NCBI GenBank assembly: GCA_964399085.1
Contig: CAYNPN010000003.1
Location: forward strand, 7,703-71,702
DNA length: 64,000 nucleotides
Source: Candidatus Hadarchaeota archaeon
GTDB taxonomy: Archaea; Hadarchaeota; Hadarchaeia; Hadarchaeales; JAGGTB01
Direction of reading: 5' to 3'
Part shown: positions 36,154 to 46,873 of the stretch, in pieces
Numbering within the stretch: the first letter of the stretch is position 1
Layout: each line of letters opens with the position of its first letter
The notes under the pieces: model-generated
Told to the model about the DNA's origin: nothing
What the model saw: the letters and a program-made list of their open reading frames with translations, nothing else
The model's database searches: none
Made by a program: the position numbers and the translations under genes

Positions 36154-38124
36154 CTAGGATATGCTCAATAGCCTTGCATTGACGGCGACTATTATGGTAC
36201 TCAGAGACATAAGAAGTGCTCCAATTGCGGGAGGGAGTAATATTCCTGCCCAGATTAGAGCACCCGCAGCCAAAGGAATTGCGAAGGCATTGTAACCAGT
36301 TGCCCAGAATAGATTCTCGATCATCTTTCTGTGGGTAGCCTTCCCGAACATGATAAGCTTCGTGACGTCTCCTGGATTACTATTGACGAGAATGATGTCT
36401 GCGGTCTCTGCAGCGACGTCCGTCCCGGAACCTATTGCAATTCCTACATCGGCTTGGGCTAGCGCAGGAGCGTCGTTTACGCCATCGCCAGTCATAGCGA
36501 CGAATTCTCCCTTATCTTGGAGTTCCTTGATTTTGTCCTGTTTCTCGTGTGGAAGTACCTCAGCGAAGTAGCCGTCGAGGTTCAGTTCCTCAGAGACTTC
36601 CTTGGCGGTGGCTTCGTTATCTCCCGTCAGCATCCAACAACTGATTCCATCATCCTTCAGCTTTTTTATAGCCTCGTACGATTCCTCCCGAATTTTGTCC
36701 GATAGGCTTATCGAACCGATCAAATCATTATCTAAAAGGGCATAGACTACGGTGGCAGATTTCTCAGGTTTCAGATCCTCCGGAATTTCAATTTCTTTTT
36801 CTTTTAGGTAGTTAGGTCCGACGACCTTTATCGACCTACCACCCTCTACGCTTCCTTCGATACCCTTACCCTCTATTGCCTTGAAATCCGAAACCTCTAG
36901 AGTATCTATATCTTCTTCTTCCGTCCTTTCCATAATTCCGGTAGCGATCGGGTGTTCAGAGTTCTTCTCCAGAGATGCGGCGAATCGTAATACGTCTTTT
37001 TCATCGAATTCTCCGCCAACGGAACGAATCGAACTGACTTCAAAAACCCCCTCGGTCAGGGTTCCGGTTTTGTCGAATATGACAGTGGTAATTTTCCTGG
37101 AGTTTTCGAAGGCCGTTCTGTCTCGGATTAAGAGGCCGTTTTTAGCCGAGAGTGATGTAGAAATTGCGGTCACGAGTGGAATGGCAAGCCCGAGAGCGTG
37201 GGGGCAGGTTATTACCATCACGGTTGCCATCCTCTCAATTGCGAAATCCAATGGATTACCGACCATAAGCCATGCGGAGAGCGTCAAACCGCCGGCTGTT
37301 AGGGCAATTATGGTCAGCCAAAAGGCTGCTCTATCGGCGAGCCTTTGAGTACTAGATTTCGAAGATTGGGCCTCCTCCACCAGATTTATAACTTCTGAGA
37401 GGTAGGAATCCTCCCCTGCGCTCTCTATCCGAATTTCAAGGGATCCATCCCCATTGACCGACCCACCGATAACCTCATTTCCTTCTTCTTTTGATACGGG
37501 CTTCGATTCCCCAGTGAGCATTGATTCGTCTACGTAGCTTTCTCCTTTCTCTATCACGCCATCGGCCGGAATTTTCTCCCCGGGCTTAACTAACACTCGG
37601 TCCTCCTTCGATAGTTCCTTAATATCGATGTCTCTTGTTTCTCCGTCCTCCAATAGGTGGGCTTGGGAGGGCATCAACTTGGCAAGTTCCTGGAGGGATC
37701 GTGAGGCCGCCATGACGGACCTCATTTCTATCCAGTGCCCGACCAACATGACGTCTATCAGGGTCGCTAATTCCCAGAAAAAGGCATTTTCTCCAAGCCC
37801 TAAAACCACGGCTGCACTATATAAATAGGCGACGGATATGGCCACGGCGATAAGGGTCATCATCCCCGGCGATTTACTCTTCAACTCTGTGTATATTCCC
37901 TTGAGGAAGGGCCATCCTCCATAGAAAAATATGAAGGTCGATAGAGCCAGAACTAGGTATTTCATTCCCGGAAAAGTGAGAGAATAGCCAAGCCAACCCT
38001 GGATAGTTTCGGAGAAAATGAGGATTGGAACGGTAACGACCATGGAGATGTAGAATCTTCTTTTAAAGTCCTCCAGCATCTTTTGATGAGAGTTACCGCC
38101 TTCATCTTCCCCGTTTTCTTTCAC
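36154..38124 (-). CDS. copB: P1B-type heavy-metal (CopB-like, CPH motif) transporting ATPase, no N-terminal HMA domain
   Basis: [35 protein letters not shown]. Confidence 0.9.
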   Translation of the reverse strand: MKENGEDEGGNSHQKMLEDFKRRFYISMVVTVPILIFSETIQGWLGYSLTFPGMKYLVLALSTFIFFYGGWPFLKGIYTELKSKSPGMMTLIAVAISVAYLYSAAVVLGLGENAFFWELATLIDVMLVGHWIEMRSVMAASRSLQELAKLMPSQAHLLEDGETRDIDIKELSKEDRVLVKPGEKIPADGVIEKGESYVDESMLTGESKPVSKEEGNEVIGGSVNGDGSLEIRIESAGEDSYLSEVINLVEEAQSSKSSTQRLADRAAFWLTIIALTAGGLTLSAWLMVGNPLDFAIERMATVMVITCPHALGLAIPLVTAISTSLSAKNGLLIRDRTAFENSRKITTVIFDKTGTLTEGVFEVSSIRSVGGEFDEKDVLRFAASLEKNSEHPIATGIMERTEEEDIDTLEVSDFKAIEGKGIEGSVEGGRSIKVVGPNYLKEKEIEIPEDLKPEKSATVVYALLDNDLIGSISLSDKIREESYEAIKKLKDDGISCWMLTGDNEATAKEVSEELNLDGYFAEVLPHEKQDKIKELQDKGEFVAMTGDGVNDAPALAQADVGIAIGSGTDVAAETADIILVNSNPGDVTKLIMFGKATHRKMIENLFWATGYNAFAIPLAAGALIWAGILLPPAIGALLMSLSTIIVAVNARLLSIS

Positions 38125-38255
38125 ATTTCAACCTCCAGCTAATTTTAATTGGTATACCATAAGATTTTAAGCTTCAGAAAAACTAGCCCCCATCCCCGCT
38201 CATAATTTAGGATTCCTGGTAACTCTATTAAGAGTAGATATCTATTCTAAATTCA

Positions 38256-39023
38256 ATGATAGATTCACACTGCCACTTGGAATTCGGTCATTTCGATCAG
38301 GATAGGGAGGAAGTGATAGAAGAGTCCAAGAAGAGGCTAAAGGCAGTCGTCGATTCCTGTGCTGAAATAGAAACATCCGATGATGTCCTTGAACTTCATA
38401 GGAAACATTCCGAATTCATTTTTCCCTCGCTGGGCCTACACCCGAGATTTGCGGTAAATATTTCGGATAGAGAACTCCGGAACTATAAAGATAAAATAAA
38501 AGATGTCAGCTCGGAGATAGTGGCCGTCGGGGAAGTAGGATTGGATTATTACCATATTAAGAATTCTATGGAGAGGAAAAGGTGCGAGGAAGTCTTTCTG
38601 GATTTTGTGGAATTTTCGAATTCGTTAAATCTCCCCCTCGTTGTTCATTCAAGGGATTCGATGTCTGATGCATTGGATATTTTAGAGAAAAGTGAAGGAA
38701 AAGTGATTATTCACTGTTTTGCCGGAAATCTCGACCAACTCAGGGAGTCGCTGGATAGGAGTTATTATATCTCCCTAGGAGGCATGATTTTTCGGGCAAA
38801 GGATAAATTCCGCGAAATTCTGAAGGAATTGCCATTGGAAAATCTACTCCTGGAAACTGATGCCCCCTTTTTGGCTAGAGAGAAGGGGGGTAGATCCGAG
38901 CCTTGGTTTGTTCGGGAGGTAGCGGAGAGAATTGCAGAAACCAAAGAGGTAAGCTTTTCCGAGGTTTGGGAGTCGGCTGGGAGAAACGCAGTAGAGGTAT
39001 TCAGCCTCCCGATTGAGATATAG
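38256..39023 (+). CDS. tatD: TatD-family metal-dependent hydrolase
   Basis: MIDSHCHLEF, GEVGLDY, VVHSRD, IIHCF, LLLETDAPF. Confidence 0.85.
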   Translation: MIDSHCHLEFGHFDQDREEVIEESKKRLKAVVDSCAEIETSDDVLELHRKHSEFIFPSLGLHPRFAVNISDRELRNYKDKIKDVSSEIVAVGEVGLDYYHIKNSMERKRCEEVFLDFVEFSNSLNLPLVVHSRDSMSDALDILEKSEGKVIIHCFAGNLDQLRESLDRSYYISLGGMIFRAKDKFREILKELPLENLLLETDAPFLAREKGGRSEPWFVREVAERIAETKEVSFSEVWESAGRNAVEVFSLPIEI

Positions 39024-39059
39024 AATTCCGATATTTGAGGGACTAATAAAGATTGTGAG

Positions 39060-39131
39060 CGGGCCCGCCGGGATTTGAACCCGGGTTACGGGATCCGCAA
39101 TCCCGTGTCTTATCCGCTGGACCACGGGCCC
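39060..39131 (-). tRNA. tRNA-Arg (GCG), CCA not encoded
   Basis: Reverse complement: GGGCCCG-TG-GTCC..GAC-A-CGGGA-TTGCGGA-TCCCG-TAAC-CCGGG-TTCAAAT-CCCGG-CGGGCCC-G. Confidence 0.85.
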
Positions 39132-39221
39132 AATAGCATGATTTAGTAACACCCTTAACCATTAAGCAATAATGGCAAAAAGAATTAAAGACCCCGATAC
39201 TGATAGGTAAAGGCGATAAGA

Positions 39222-39383
39222 ATGCCCAAATGTACAGGATGTAATCGAGACATTTCGCAGGAAGGCCGGGCAGTTAAATTCCCATGCCCAGGTTGTGGAG
39301 AGGTCACTATATGGCGTTGCGGAAAGTGTAGAGATTTAAGTAATACGTATGAGTGTCCTCAATGTGGGTTTGAGGGTCCATGA
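39222..39383 (+). CDS. Small double zinc-ribbon protein (below the ORF-track length cutoff)
   Basis: MPKCTGCNRDISQEGRAVKFPCPGCGEVTIWRCGKCRDLSNTYECPQCGFEGP has four CxxC pairs. It ends 10 nt before aEF-1beta, a common archaeal arrangement. Confidence 0.65.
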   Translation: MPKCTGCNRDISQEGRAVKFPCPGCGEVTIWRCGKCRDLSNTYECPQCGFEGP

Positions 39384-39393
39384 GGTGTTATCA

Positions 39394-39651
39394 ATGGGAG
39401 AAGTTGCAGTCACCCTTCAGGTCATGCCGGTGGGTAAAGAAGTAGATATGGGGAAGCTGAAAGAAGAGGTTGAGTCCAGAGTTGAACCCAGGTCTATAGA
39501 GAAAGAACCAGTGGCGTTTGGATTGGAATCCTTGAAAGTCATGAAGGTTATACCGGATGATGCTGGTGGGACTGACGATCTTGAGGAAAAAATTCTCGAG
39601 ATAAATGATGTCAAAGATGTGAAGGTTACCGATCAAAGGAAATTACTTTAG
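39394..39651 (+). CDS. Translation elongation factor aEF-1 beta
   Basis: MGEVAVTLQVMPVGKEVDMGKLKEEVE..EPVAFGLESLKVMKVIPDDAGGTDDLEEKI.. Confidence 0.85.
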   Translation: MGEVAVTLQVMPVGKEVDMGKLKEEVESRVEPRSIEKEPVAFGLESLKVMKVIPDDAGGTDDLEEKILEINDVKDVKVTDQRKLL

Positions 39652-39792
39652 GATACTTCTGTGTAATTTGGGTCATATGTGGCCGGTCGCTCTTTTATTT
39701 AGGATTTTTGGAAGAATAACTGGACCATAATACTTTAAAACCTCAATACTCTACATTAATCGAAATTAGAAAATTCAAAAGTCATGTTCATA

Positions 39793-39925
39793 GGGCGTCG
39801 CCCGGCGCCCTTTAATAAAGCCAAGAGCCCAACGGTTCCCCCGGCCGTTGGGCTCCCTCCCCCCACCCCCTTTTTGAGTTGACAAGAAGGGAGGAAGAAT
39901 GGTTTGTTCGGGGTACCCCCTTTTT
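39793..39925 (+). terminator. GC-rich hairpins each followed by T-runs (terminator-like, or a small structured RNA)
   Basis: gggcg..cgccc (39793-39810); perfect 11 bp stem gagcccaacgg/ccgttgggctc (39825-39855), then a C-rich tract and T5; palindrome ggggtacccc, then T6. Confidence 0.3.
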
Positions 39926-39942
39926 TATAGGACCATGTCTAG

Positions 39943-40917
39943 ATGTTTTTGAAGGACATTAAAATGCCCGAATCTCTAGAAGCTTTGGCCAGAGAATCGG
40001 AAAAGGCACTCGTTTTTGGGATTGGTGGGGGAGGAGATATAGTTGGGGCTCTCCCTACCTATAGATATCTCAAGTTTTTGGGGTTGGAATCTATTGTCGG
40101 AGGCTTGTCCTGGGAGAGGTCTATCAACGACCCGAAACCAGGACCACGAAAGATTGAGGAAATAAAAGACATTAAACTACTTTCGGATACGACTGCCCTT
40201 GCCACTCCACGAACACGCACAGAAGACGGAGTAAAATTCGCCGAGACCAGCGTGGCTGAGATCATTGGAGAAGATACTTTTCTTCTAGATCCCAGTCAGG
40301 GAGTACAGGGCATGATAAGAGGATTGAATTCCACTGTCGAGAAATTGGATATCGATCTTATTGTAGGCATCGATGTGGGTGGAGATGTGATGGCCAAGGG
40401 TGATGAGGACGGGCTACAGAGCATGCTCGCCGATAGCATGGTTTTAGCCTCGCTTACTCAATTGGATATCCCCACCGTTCTGGGGGTTCTGGGGTGCGGT
40501 GCGGACGGTGAGCTCGGTCAGGAAAAATTTCTAGAAAACTCTGCAGAGGTCGCCAGGTTAAACGGGTTTCTGGGTGCTAGGGGAATAGCTCCCGAGGACA
40601 TGGAATTGTTGAGTGAGGCGGTCAGAAATACCAAGACCGAATCCTCCGCTCTTGCGGTAGAAACCGCCCGTGGCCAGGTAGGAGAAATTGAGATCAGGGA
40701 TGGAAGACGGAGAGTTAATCTATCTCTGGTTTCCGCGATTACTTTTTATTTCGATCCGAAAATTGTTATGGAAGGGATAAGCATGGTTGCGAAGAGGCTT
40801 ATTCCTACCCAATCCTTGAGAGTGGCCGACAAAATTCTGAGAGAAGAAAAGATTCCGACTGAAGTTGATTTTGAAAGAGATTATGAGGCAGAAGACCAAA
40901 TAAAAGAGGGGAGATAG
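39943..40917 (+). CDS. DUF1152-family protein
   Basis: ..ALVFGIGGGGDIVGALPT.. and ..GIDVGGDVMA.. motifs. Confidence 0.55.
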   Translation: MFLKDIKMPESLEALARESEKALVFGIGGGGDIVGALPTYRYLKFLGLESIVGGLSWERSINDPKPGPRKIEEIKDIKLLSDTTALATPRTRTEDGVKFAETSVAEIIGEDTFLLDPSQGVQGMIRGLNSTVEKLDIDLIVGIDVGGDVMAKGDEDGLQSMLADSMVLASLTQLDIPTVLGVLGCGADGELGQEKFLENSAEVARLNGFLGARGIAPEDMELLSEAVRNTKTESSALAVETARGQVGEIEIRDGRRRVNLSLVSAITFYFDPKIVMEGISMVAKRLIPTQSLRVADKILREEKIPTEVDFERDYEAEDQIKEGR

Positions 40918-40929
40918 ACCGGTGAGAAT

Positions 40930-41583
40930 ATGAGAAGGATAGATTTACATACCCACACGTTCTTGAGCGATGGAGATCTTTTGCCCGCCGAGCTTGTGAG
41001 CAGAGCCGAAGATTTAGGATATGAGGCTATTGGCTTGACTGATCATGTCGGCCCCTCAAACCTTGAATGGGTTCTGGAGTGTACACTCAAAGCGGCAGAG
41101 AGTTTAACGGAGACAACTGATGTCAGGGTTGTGCCAGGAATCGAGCTCACTCACGTTCCTATCTCGATTATACCCGAATTGGCGGAGGAAGCCAAAGAAA
41201 GTGGGGCCGAAATTGTTGTGGTTCATGGAGAAACACTTGTGGAACCTGTGCCGCTGGGAACAAATCTGGCGGCCTTAAAATGTGAGGATGTCGATATATT
41301 GGGACATCCTGGAATGTTGTCTCAGGAGGAGGCAGAGATTGCCGCGGAAACGGGAACCCATCTTGAATTGACTTCAAGGAAGGGACATAATCTAACCAAC
41401 GGTAGAGTCGCAAGCCTGGCCATGATGGAGGAGGCCAATTTGCTGGTGAATACTGATGCACATTCACCCGAAGATATGATAACTCAGGAAGAGGCTGAGG
41501 CAATAGCTTTGGGCGCAGGTGTGAAAGAAGACATGCTAAAGGAAATTCTTGAGAAAAATCCCAGAAGCCTGCTGAGGGAGTAG
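40930..41583 (+). CDS. PHP-domain phosphoesterase (histidinol-phosphatase-like)
   Basis: IDLHTHTFLSDG, GLTDHV, VVHGE, NTDAHS metal-binding motifs. Immediately upstream of hisC. Confidence 0.7.
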   Translation: MRRIDLHTHTFLSDGDLLPAELVSRAEDLGYEAIGLTDHVGPSNLEWVLECTLKAAESLTETTDVRVVPGIELTHVPISIIPELAEEAKESGAEIVVVHGETLVEPVPLGTNLAALKCEDVDILGHPGMLSQEEAEIAAETGTHLELTSRKGHNLTNGRVASLAMMEEANLLVNTDAHSPEDMITQEEAEAIALGAGVKEDMLKEILEKNPRSLLRE

Positions 41584-41584
41584 A

Positions 41585-42661
41585 ATGATTTCGAAGCGAG
41601 TCCAAGAAATGATTGAAGAAGGCGCAGCTTATCCGCTGGCGGAATCCTCGGAAGAAGAGGAAAAGGAATTTATCAAGCTCTGTTCTAATGAAAATCCTTA
41701 CGGACCTTCCCCAGAGGTAATCGAAGCCATTAAGCAGGGAGCGGAGGGCGTGAAGAGATATCCAAAATCAAATGCTGTAAAACTCAAGGAAGCAATCTCG
41801 GACTACGTTGGAGTAGAGCCATTTCAGATTTGTTTGGGAAACGGTTCGGATGAGGTAATGGATTTGGCTTGCAAGGCCTTCATGAATCCGGGCGACACGG
41901 CCCTTATACCGATACCTACGTTTAGTCAGTACGAATTGGCGTGTAGAGCAAACGCCATGGAATTGAATTTTGTTGAATTGGAAAATTATCAATGGAGCTC
42001 TGAAGAGCTTGTCGAAGAAATCGGAGGATGTAGAATTACCTTTCTTGGAAGACCAAACAATCCAACTGGAAACTCGCTAGATGAAGACGGGTTAAGGGAT
42101 CTTCTGGAAACGGGAAAAATGATTGTCGTCGACGAGGCGTATGGGGAATTTTCGGATTATTCTGCGGTAGATTGGATTGAGGATTACGATAATCTTTTGG
42201 TTCTACGAACTTTTTCCAAGATTTTCGGTTTGGCCGGTCTAAGGATAGGATATGGGGTAGGAAATGTAGAACTGATTAGGGCCTTAGAGAGAGTTAGACC
42301 GCCCTTCAGCGTTAACTTACTGGCCCAAAAAGCCGCGGTTGCGGCTCTCAATGATATAGAATTCATGAAAGAGTCTAGGAGGAAAATTCGGGAGGGGAGA
42401 AAGGAATTACAGGAAGAACTCGAAGAGATAGGATTTGACACTCTGGACTCGGACGCAAACTTTGTGATGGCAAGTCCAAGCCCCTTTGGTTTAAGTGCTT
42501 CTGACTTGTGCGAATTCCTAACACGAGAGGGAATTTTAATTCGAAATCTTTCCGGTTTCAGGGGTGCAAGCCCTGAGTGGGTCAGAATCACAGTTGGAAA
42601 GCCTAGTGAAAACAAGCGTTTAATTAGAGGGCTTAAAAAGTGTATAGAGGAAGAAAAATGA
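41585..42661 (+). CDS. hisC: Histidinol-phosphate aminotransferase
   Basis: LCSNENPYGPSP, VDEAYGEF, RTFSKIFGLAGLRIGY (PLP lysine). Confidence 0.9.
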   Translation: MISKRVQEMIEEGAAYPLAESSEEEEKEFIKLCSNENPYGPSPEVIEAIKQGAEGVKRYPKSNAVKLKEAISDYVGVEPFQICLGNGSDEVMDLACKAFMNPGDTALIPIPTFSQYELACRANAMELNFVELENYQWSSEELVEEIGGCRITFLGRPNNPTGNSLDEDGLRDLLETGKMIVVDEAYGEFSDYSAVDWIEDYDNLLVLRTFSKIFGLAGLRIGYGVGNVELIRALERVRPPFSVNLLAQKAAVAALNDIEFMKESRRKIREGRKELQEELEEIGFDTLDSDANFVMASPSPFGLSASDLCEFLTREGILIRNLSGFRGASPEWVRITVGKPSENKRLIRGLKKCIEEEK

Positions 42662-43518
42662 CTGTCAAACTGGCAATTCCGAATAAAGGTAGACTTCATG
42701 ACCCCACCTTAGATCTCCTGGATGATTCGGGGATAGGAATAGTAGATAGAGGAGCCCGTCAGCTTTTTGCGAGGACGGATGTACCGGAGCTGGAGATTGT
42801 TTTTGTTAGAACTCAGGATATACCCAATCTTGTAGAATCCGGAGCTGCCGATTTGGGAATTACAGGCCACGATTTAGTCATGGAAAGCGGAGCAGATGTA
42901 GAGGAGCTATTGGATTTGGATTTCGGCAAAGCTAGGATGGTTGTGGCTGCCCATGAGAAGTCGTCCGTTGATTCTGTAGAAAATATAAAAGACGGCTCAA
43001 AAGTAGCTTCTGAATTTCCCAGAGTGGCTCAGAATTATTTTGATAAGAAGGGGATAGATATAGAGTTAACCGAGGTTTCTGGCGCGACTGAGATAACACC
43101 TTTCATTGGCATGGCCGACCTGATAGTGGATTTGACCAGCACGGGGACCACCTTAAGAACCCATGGTTTGGAAATAATAGACACTTTGTTCGAGACCTCC
43201 GTGAGATTGATAGCTAATAAGGATAGCTTGGAGGAGGATAAGGAGAGGATAGAGGATGTTCGAACTGCTATGGAAAGCGTCATCCAGGCCAAGCCCAGAA
43301 AACTGATTATGATGAATGTACCCGAGGGCAAGATATCGAAAATCAAAGAAGTTATGCCGGGCATGTCCGGCCCGACGGTTTCGGAGGTTCAGGGGGCGGA
43401 TTTATTGGCCGTTCAGGCCGTAGTGCAAGCTGAAGATGTTTATGGTATAGTCAAGAAGGTAAAGGAAGAAGGGGCTAGAGATATTTTAGTTATTCCGATT
43501 GAGAGGATAATTCCATAA
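42658..43518 (+). CDS. hisG: ATP phosphoribosyltransferase (long form)
   Basis: LAIPNKGRL, DLGITGHD, DLTSTGTTLR. ATGA overlap with the hisC stop. Confidence 0.9.
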   Translation: MTVKLAIPNKGRLHDPTLDLLDDSGIGIVDRGARQLFARTDVPELEIVFVRTQDIPNLVESGAADLGITGHDLVMESGADVEELLDLDFGKARMVVAAHEKSSVDSVENIKDGSKVASEFPRVAQNYFDKKGIDIELTEVSGATEITPFIGMADLIVDLTSTGTTLRTHGLEIIDTLFETSVRLIANKDSLEEDKERIEDVRTAMESVIQAKPRKLIMMNVPEGKISKIKEVMPGMSGPTVSEVQGADLLAVQAVVQAEDVYGIVKKVKEEGARDILVIPIERIIP

Positions 43519-43531
43519 ATTGGGGGGCAAG

Positions 43532-44242
43532 ATGCTAGTTATACCAGCAGTAGATATCAAAGAAGGAAAATGCGTCCAGCTAGTCGAAGGAGAGCCTGGG
43601 ACCGGTGGAAAGTATGGGGATCCCGTCCGGGCTTCCTTGCGGTGGGAAGAAGAGGGTGCCTCTTGTCTCCACCTGGTAGATTTGGATGCGGCCATGGAGG
43701 AGGGAGAGAACCTGAATAAGATCGCCGAAATTTTGGCCAATGTCGGTATAGAAGTTCAAGTGGGCGGTGGGATAAGGGGGCTAGAGAAAGGCTTCGAATT
43801 ACTCGGTATAGGTGCCGACAGAGTAATCTTAGGAACGGTGGCCTTCGAAGATCCGGAAATCGTGCGTGAATTTGTGGAAAAGGGCGGGACCGATTCCGTC
43901 ATGGTTGCTATGGATATAAAGGAGGGTAAGGTGATGGTGAGAGGTTGGAAGGAAGAATCGGAAAAGGATGCCATTGAAATGGCTAAGAAATTTGAGGAGA
44001 TTGGAGTAGGAAGTTTTCTGTTTACAAATGTGGATATTGAGGGCCAAATGACAGGAATTGATGTTGAGAGCATCAAAAAAATTGTCCGTGCAGTGGAAAT
44101 TCCAGTCATTGTAGCAGGAGGAGTTAAATCACTTGAAGACGTGAAAAAAGCTAGAGAAGCCGGGGCATCTGGCATTGTAATTGGCACGGCTTTGTACGAA
44201 GGAGAAGTTTCACTTGAAGAGGCTATGGAGGTGGCTAAATGA
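43532..44242 (+). CDS. hisA: ProFAR isomerase
   Basis: MLVIPAVDIKEGKCVQLV, LHLVDLDAA, VQVGGGIR, TNVDIEGQMTG. Confidence 0.9.
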   Translation: MLVIPAVDIKEGKCVQLVEGEPGTGGKYGDPVRASLRWEEEGASCLHLVDLDAAMEEGENLNKIAEILANVGIEVQVGGGIRGLEKGFELLGIGADRVILGTVAFEDPEIVREFVEKGGTDSVMVAMDIKEGKVMVRGWKEESEKDAIEMAKKFEEIGVGSFLFTNVDIEGQMTGIDVESIKKIVRAVEIPVIVAGGVKSLEDVKKAREAGASGIVIGTALYEGEVSLEEAMEVAK

Positions 44243-44808
44243 GAGAAGGAAAGATCAAGCGCGAGACGGATGAGACTACCGTAGAGGTAAATTTCACTCT
44301 GGAAGGATCTGGAGAGGCGGAAATAGAAACCGGAATTGAATTTTTCAATCATTTACTGGATTCCTTCGTAAGGCACGGGAATTTTGATTTGGTTGCCAAG
44401 GCGAAGGGTGATTTCGAACACCACATAGCGGAGGATGTAATGATTGCTCTCGGAGAAGCTTTGGATGAGGCTCTGGGGGATAAAGAAGGCATTAGGAGAA
44501 TGGGTGACGCAGTCGTTCCGATGGATGACTCACTGGCCCTGGTGGCTCTGGATTTGGGCGGACGAGTCTATACTGATATTGAAGTCGAGTTTGGAAAAGA
44601 AAAATTAGTCGATATGAATTCCGATTTGTTTGTACACCTTCTGGAAACTTTGGCTGGCAACGCCAAGTGTAATCTCCACGTTGATCTATTGAGAGGAAAT
44701 AACGATCACCACAAAGCCGAGTCTACTTTCAAAGCTTTAGGAGCTGCGCTCTCTGAAGCTGTCGAGGTCGTAGGTGAAGATGTTCCAAGTACCAAGGGGG
44801 TTATCTGA
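44239..44808 (+). CDS. hisB: Imidazoleglycerol-phosphate dehydratase
   Basis: RETDETTVEVNF, FEHHIAEDV, NDHHKAESTFKALG. Confidence 0.9.
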   Translation: MREGKIKRETDETTVEVNFTLEGSGEAEIETGIEFFNHLLDSFVRHGNFDLVAKAKGDFEHHIAEDVMIALGEALDEALGDKEGIRRMGDAVVPMDDSLALVALDLGGRVYTDIEVEFGKEKLVDMNSDLFVHLLETLAGNAKCNLHVDLLRGNNDHHKAESTFKALGAALSEAVEVVGEDVPSTKGVI

Positions 44809-45564
44809 ATGCCAAAGAGAATAATTCCCTGTTTGGATACTAGGGGAGGAAAGCTCGTGAAAGGTGTGCATTTCAAGGACATCGAAGAGATTGGCGATCC
44901 AGTTGAGCGAGCCAGAATGTACGAAGAACAAGGGGCTGATGAATTGGTCTTTCTCGATATAGTTGCTACTCCCGAAGGTAAACCGACTTTTTTGGAGGCC
45001 GTGGAAAAGGTTTGTGAGCAAATATCCATCCCTTTGGCGGTCGGAGGGGGAATAAGGAGCGTCGAGGATGCCGAAGCCGCATTCGATGCGGGTGCCTCTA
45101 AGGTTTCCATTAACACCGCGGCCGTCAAGAATCCCGATTTAATCGAGAAAATTTCCAATGAGTTCGGCACCGATAGCGTCGTGAGTGCCATAGATGCCGA
45201 TAAAATTTCCGAAAGTAAATGGGAGGTCTATGTCTCCGGGGGAAAGGAGCCCACGGGTAAGGACATGATTGACTGGGCGGAAAACGTCGAATCTAAAGGA
45301 GCCGGCGAGATTCTATATACTGGACTTCATACCGATGGAACCAAGGATGGTTATGATTTGAAAGGAACCAGGGAGTTGGCTGAGGCGGTTGATATTCCCA
45401 TTATAGCCTCTGGCGGGGCCGGAAATTTAGAACATATTAAAGAGGCCTTAACAAATGGTAAAGCGGACGCAGCACTTGCAGCCAGTATATTTCACTACGA
45501 TGAGTATACTGTGAGGGAAGTGAAAGAATATCTGCGAGATCAAGGCATATCCGTGAGGTTATGA
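44809..45564 (+). CDS. hisF: Imidazole glycerol phosphate synthase cyclase subunit
   Basis: RIIPCLDTRGGKLVKGV, ELVFLDI, AVGGGIRS, ASGGAG. Confidence 0.9.
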   Translation: MPKRIIPCLDTRGGKLVKGVHFKDIEEIGDPVERARMYEEQGADELVFLDIVATPEGKPTFLEAVEKVCEQISIPLAVGGGIRSVEDAEAAFDAGASKVSINTAAVKNPDLIEKISNEFGTDSVVSAIDADKISESKWEVYVSGGKEPTGKDMIDWAENVESKGAGEILYTGLHTDGTKDGYDLKGTRELAEAVDIPIIASGGAGNLEHIKEALTNGKADAALAASIFHYDEYTVREVKEYLRDQGISVRL

Positions 45565-45565
45565 A

Positions 45566-46873
45566 ATGGAAGAAACCCCGTTTGAAATAATCCGACTTTG
45601 GAAGCATGACGAGAGATATCAGAGGAGACTTCACAAGAGGTCCGACAAAGAAGTCGCGAAAGTACTTTCGGAAGCCGAGAAGATAGTTAGCGAGGTTCGA
45701 AATAGAGGGGACTTTGCAATAATAGATTATACCAAGAAATATGATGGAATCAAGCTTACTCCGGAGGATTTGAAGGTTACCGAAGAAGAATTTTCGAGGG
45801 CTTTTGATAGAATTAGGAGAAGATATCTGGAGGCCATTAGAGAGGCTGCCGATGTGATTAAAAGATATCACGAACGTCAACTCCCCGAGGAATGGTCGGA
45901 GGAGTTTGAGCCGGGTGTGAACGCCGGTCAGGTTTTGCGACCGCTTGATAAAGTTGGTGCGTATGTACCTGGCGGGTCCGCTATGTATCCTTCCAGTGCA
46001 CTTATGACGGTCATACCCGCGAAGGTAGCCGGAGTTGATAAGGTTGTGGTTTGCACCCCACCTGATTCTAACGGGAAAATTAACCGCCCGACGCTCGTAG
46101 CTGCGAAGATTGCAGGCGCGGACGAGGTGTATAGAGTAGGAGGCGCTCAGGCGATTGCGGCGATGGCTTACGAGGGAAAAACTATTCCAACGGTCGATAA
46201 GATTATAGGTCCCGGTAGTTCTTATGTTGCGGCAGCGAAGAAAGTAGTTTCTTCGGCGGTTGATGTGGAGTTCATGGCCGGACCTAGTGAGGTTCTTGTT
46301 TTGGCGGACTCTAAAGCCGATCCCTACAGAGTAGCTCTGGATTTGGTTGCTCAGGCGGAGCATGATGAATCTGCATCTTCGGTCCTAGTCACCACTTCCG
46401 AGAAGTTGGCCGAGGAAGTGGTCGAGGAGGTAAATTCATTATTCAGGGAAATTCCTAGAGGCCGTATTGCGAAGAAAGCCATCCTGAATCATGGAAAGAT
46501 AATTTTGACCCGCAGCCCGAAGAAAGCCGTCAAATTTGTGAATGACTTTGCGCCCGAGCATCTCGAGTTAATGGTCAAAAATCCGGAGAAAAAACTTGAA
46601 GAAATTGAAAATGCTGGGGCGATTTTCTTAGGCTCCGATTCTCCGGCCAGCGTGGGAGATTTTGCCGTGGGACCCAGTCATGTTCTTCCCACTGGTGGAG
46701 ACGCGAAAACACACGATGGTTTATCTGTATTCGACTTCCTTTGTATGCCCAGCGTTCAGAATTTATCCAAGAATGGACTGAAACAGGTCATAGATGTCGT
46801 CGAGGAAATGGCGGAAATGGAAGGCCTGGAAGCCCATGCCAGGAGTGTCCGTGATCGGCTAGAAGGTGACTAA
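45566..46873 (+). CDS. hisD: Histidinol dehydrogenase
   Basis: VGAYVPGGSAMYPSSALM, IGPGSSYVAAAK, AQAEHDE, SVFDF. Confidence 0.9.
   Translation: MEETPFEIIRLWKHDERYQRRLHKRSDKEVAKVLSEAEKIVSEVRNRGDFAIIDYTKKYDGIKLTPEDLKVTEEEFSRAFDRIRRRYLEAIREAADVIKRYHERQLPEEWSEEFEPGVNAGQVLRPLDKVGAYVPGGSAMYPSSALMTVIPAKVAGVDKVVVCTPPDSNGKINRPTLVAAKIAGADEVYRVGGAQAIAAMAYEGKTIPTVDKIIGPGSSYVAAAKKVVSSAVDVEFMAGPSEVLVLADSKADPYRVALDLVAQAEHDESASSVLVTTSEKLAEEVVEEVNSLFREIPRGRIAKKAILNHGKIILTRSPKKAVKFVNDFAPEHLELMVKNPEKKLEEIENAGAIFLGSDSPASVGDFAVGPSHVLPTGGDAKTHDGLSVFDFLCMPSVQNLSKNGLKQVIDVVEEMAEMEGLEAHARSVRDRLEGD

Noticed and set aside
45437-46363. 308 aa minus-strand ORF.
   Set aside because: It lies antisense to hisF and hisD, which have unmistakable motifs. 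Its Arg/Leu/Ser/Asn-rich composition is typical of the antisense frame of an acidic-protein gene. The same reasoning applies to the other antisense ORFs inside trkH, trkA, copB, cdc48, rfcL, moeA and TIP49.
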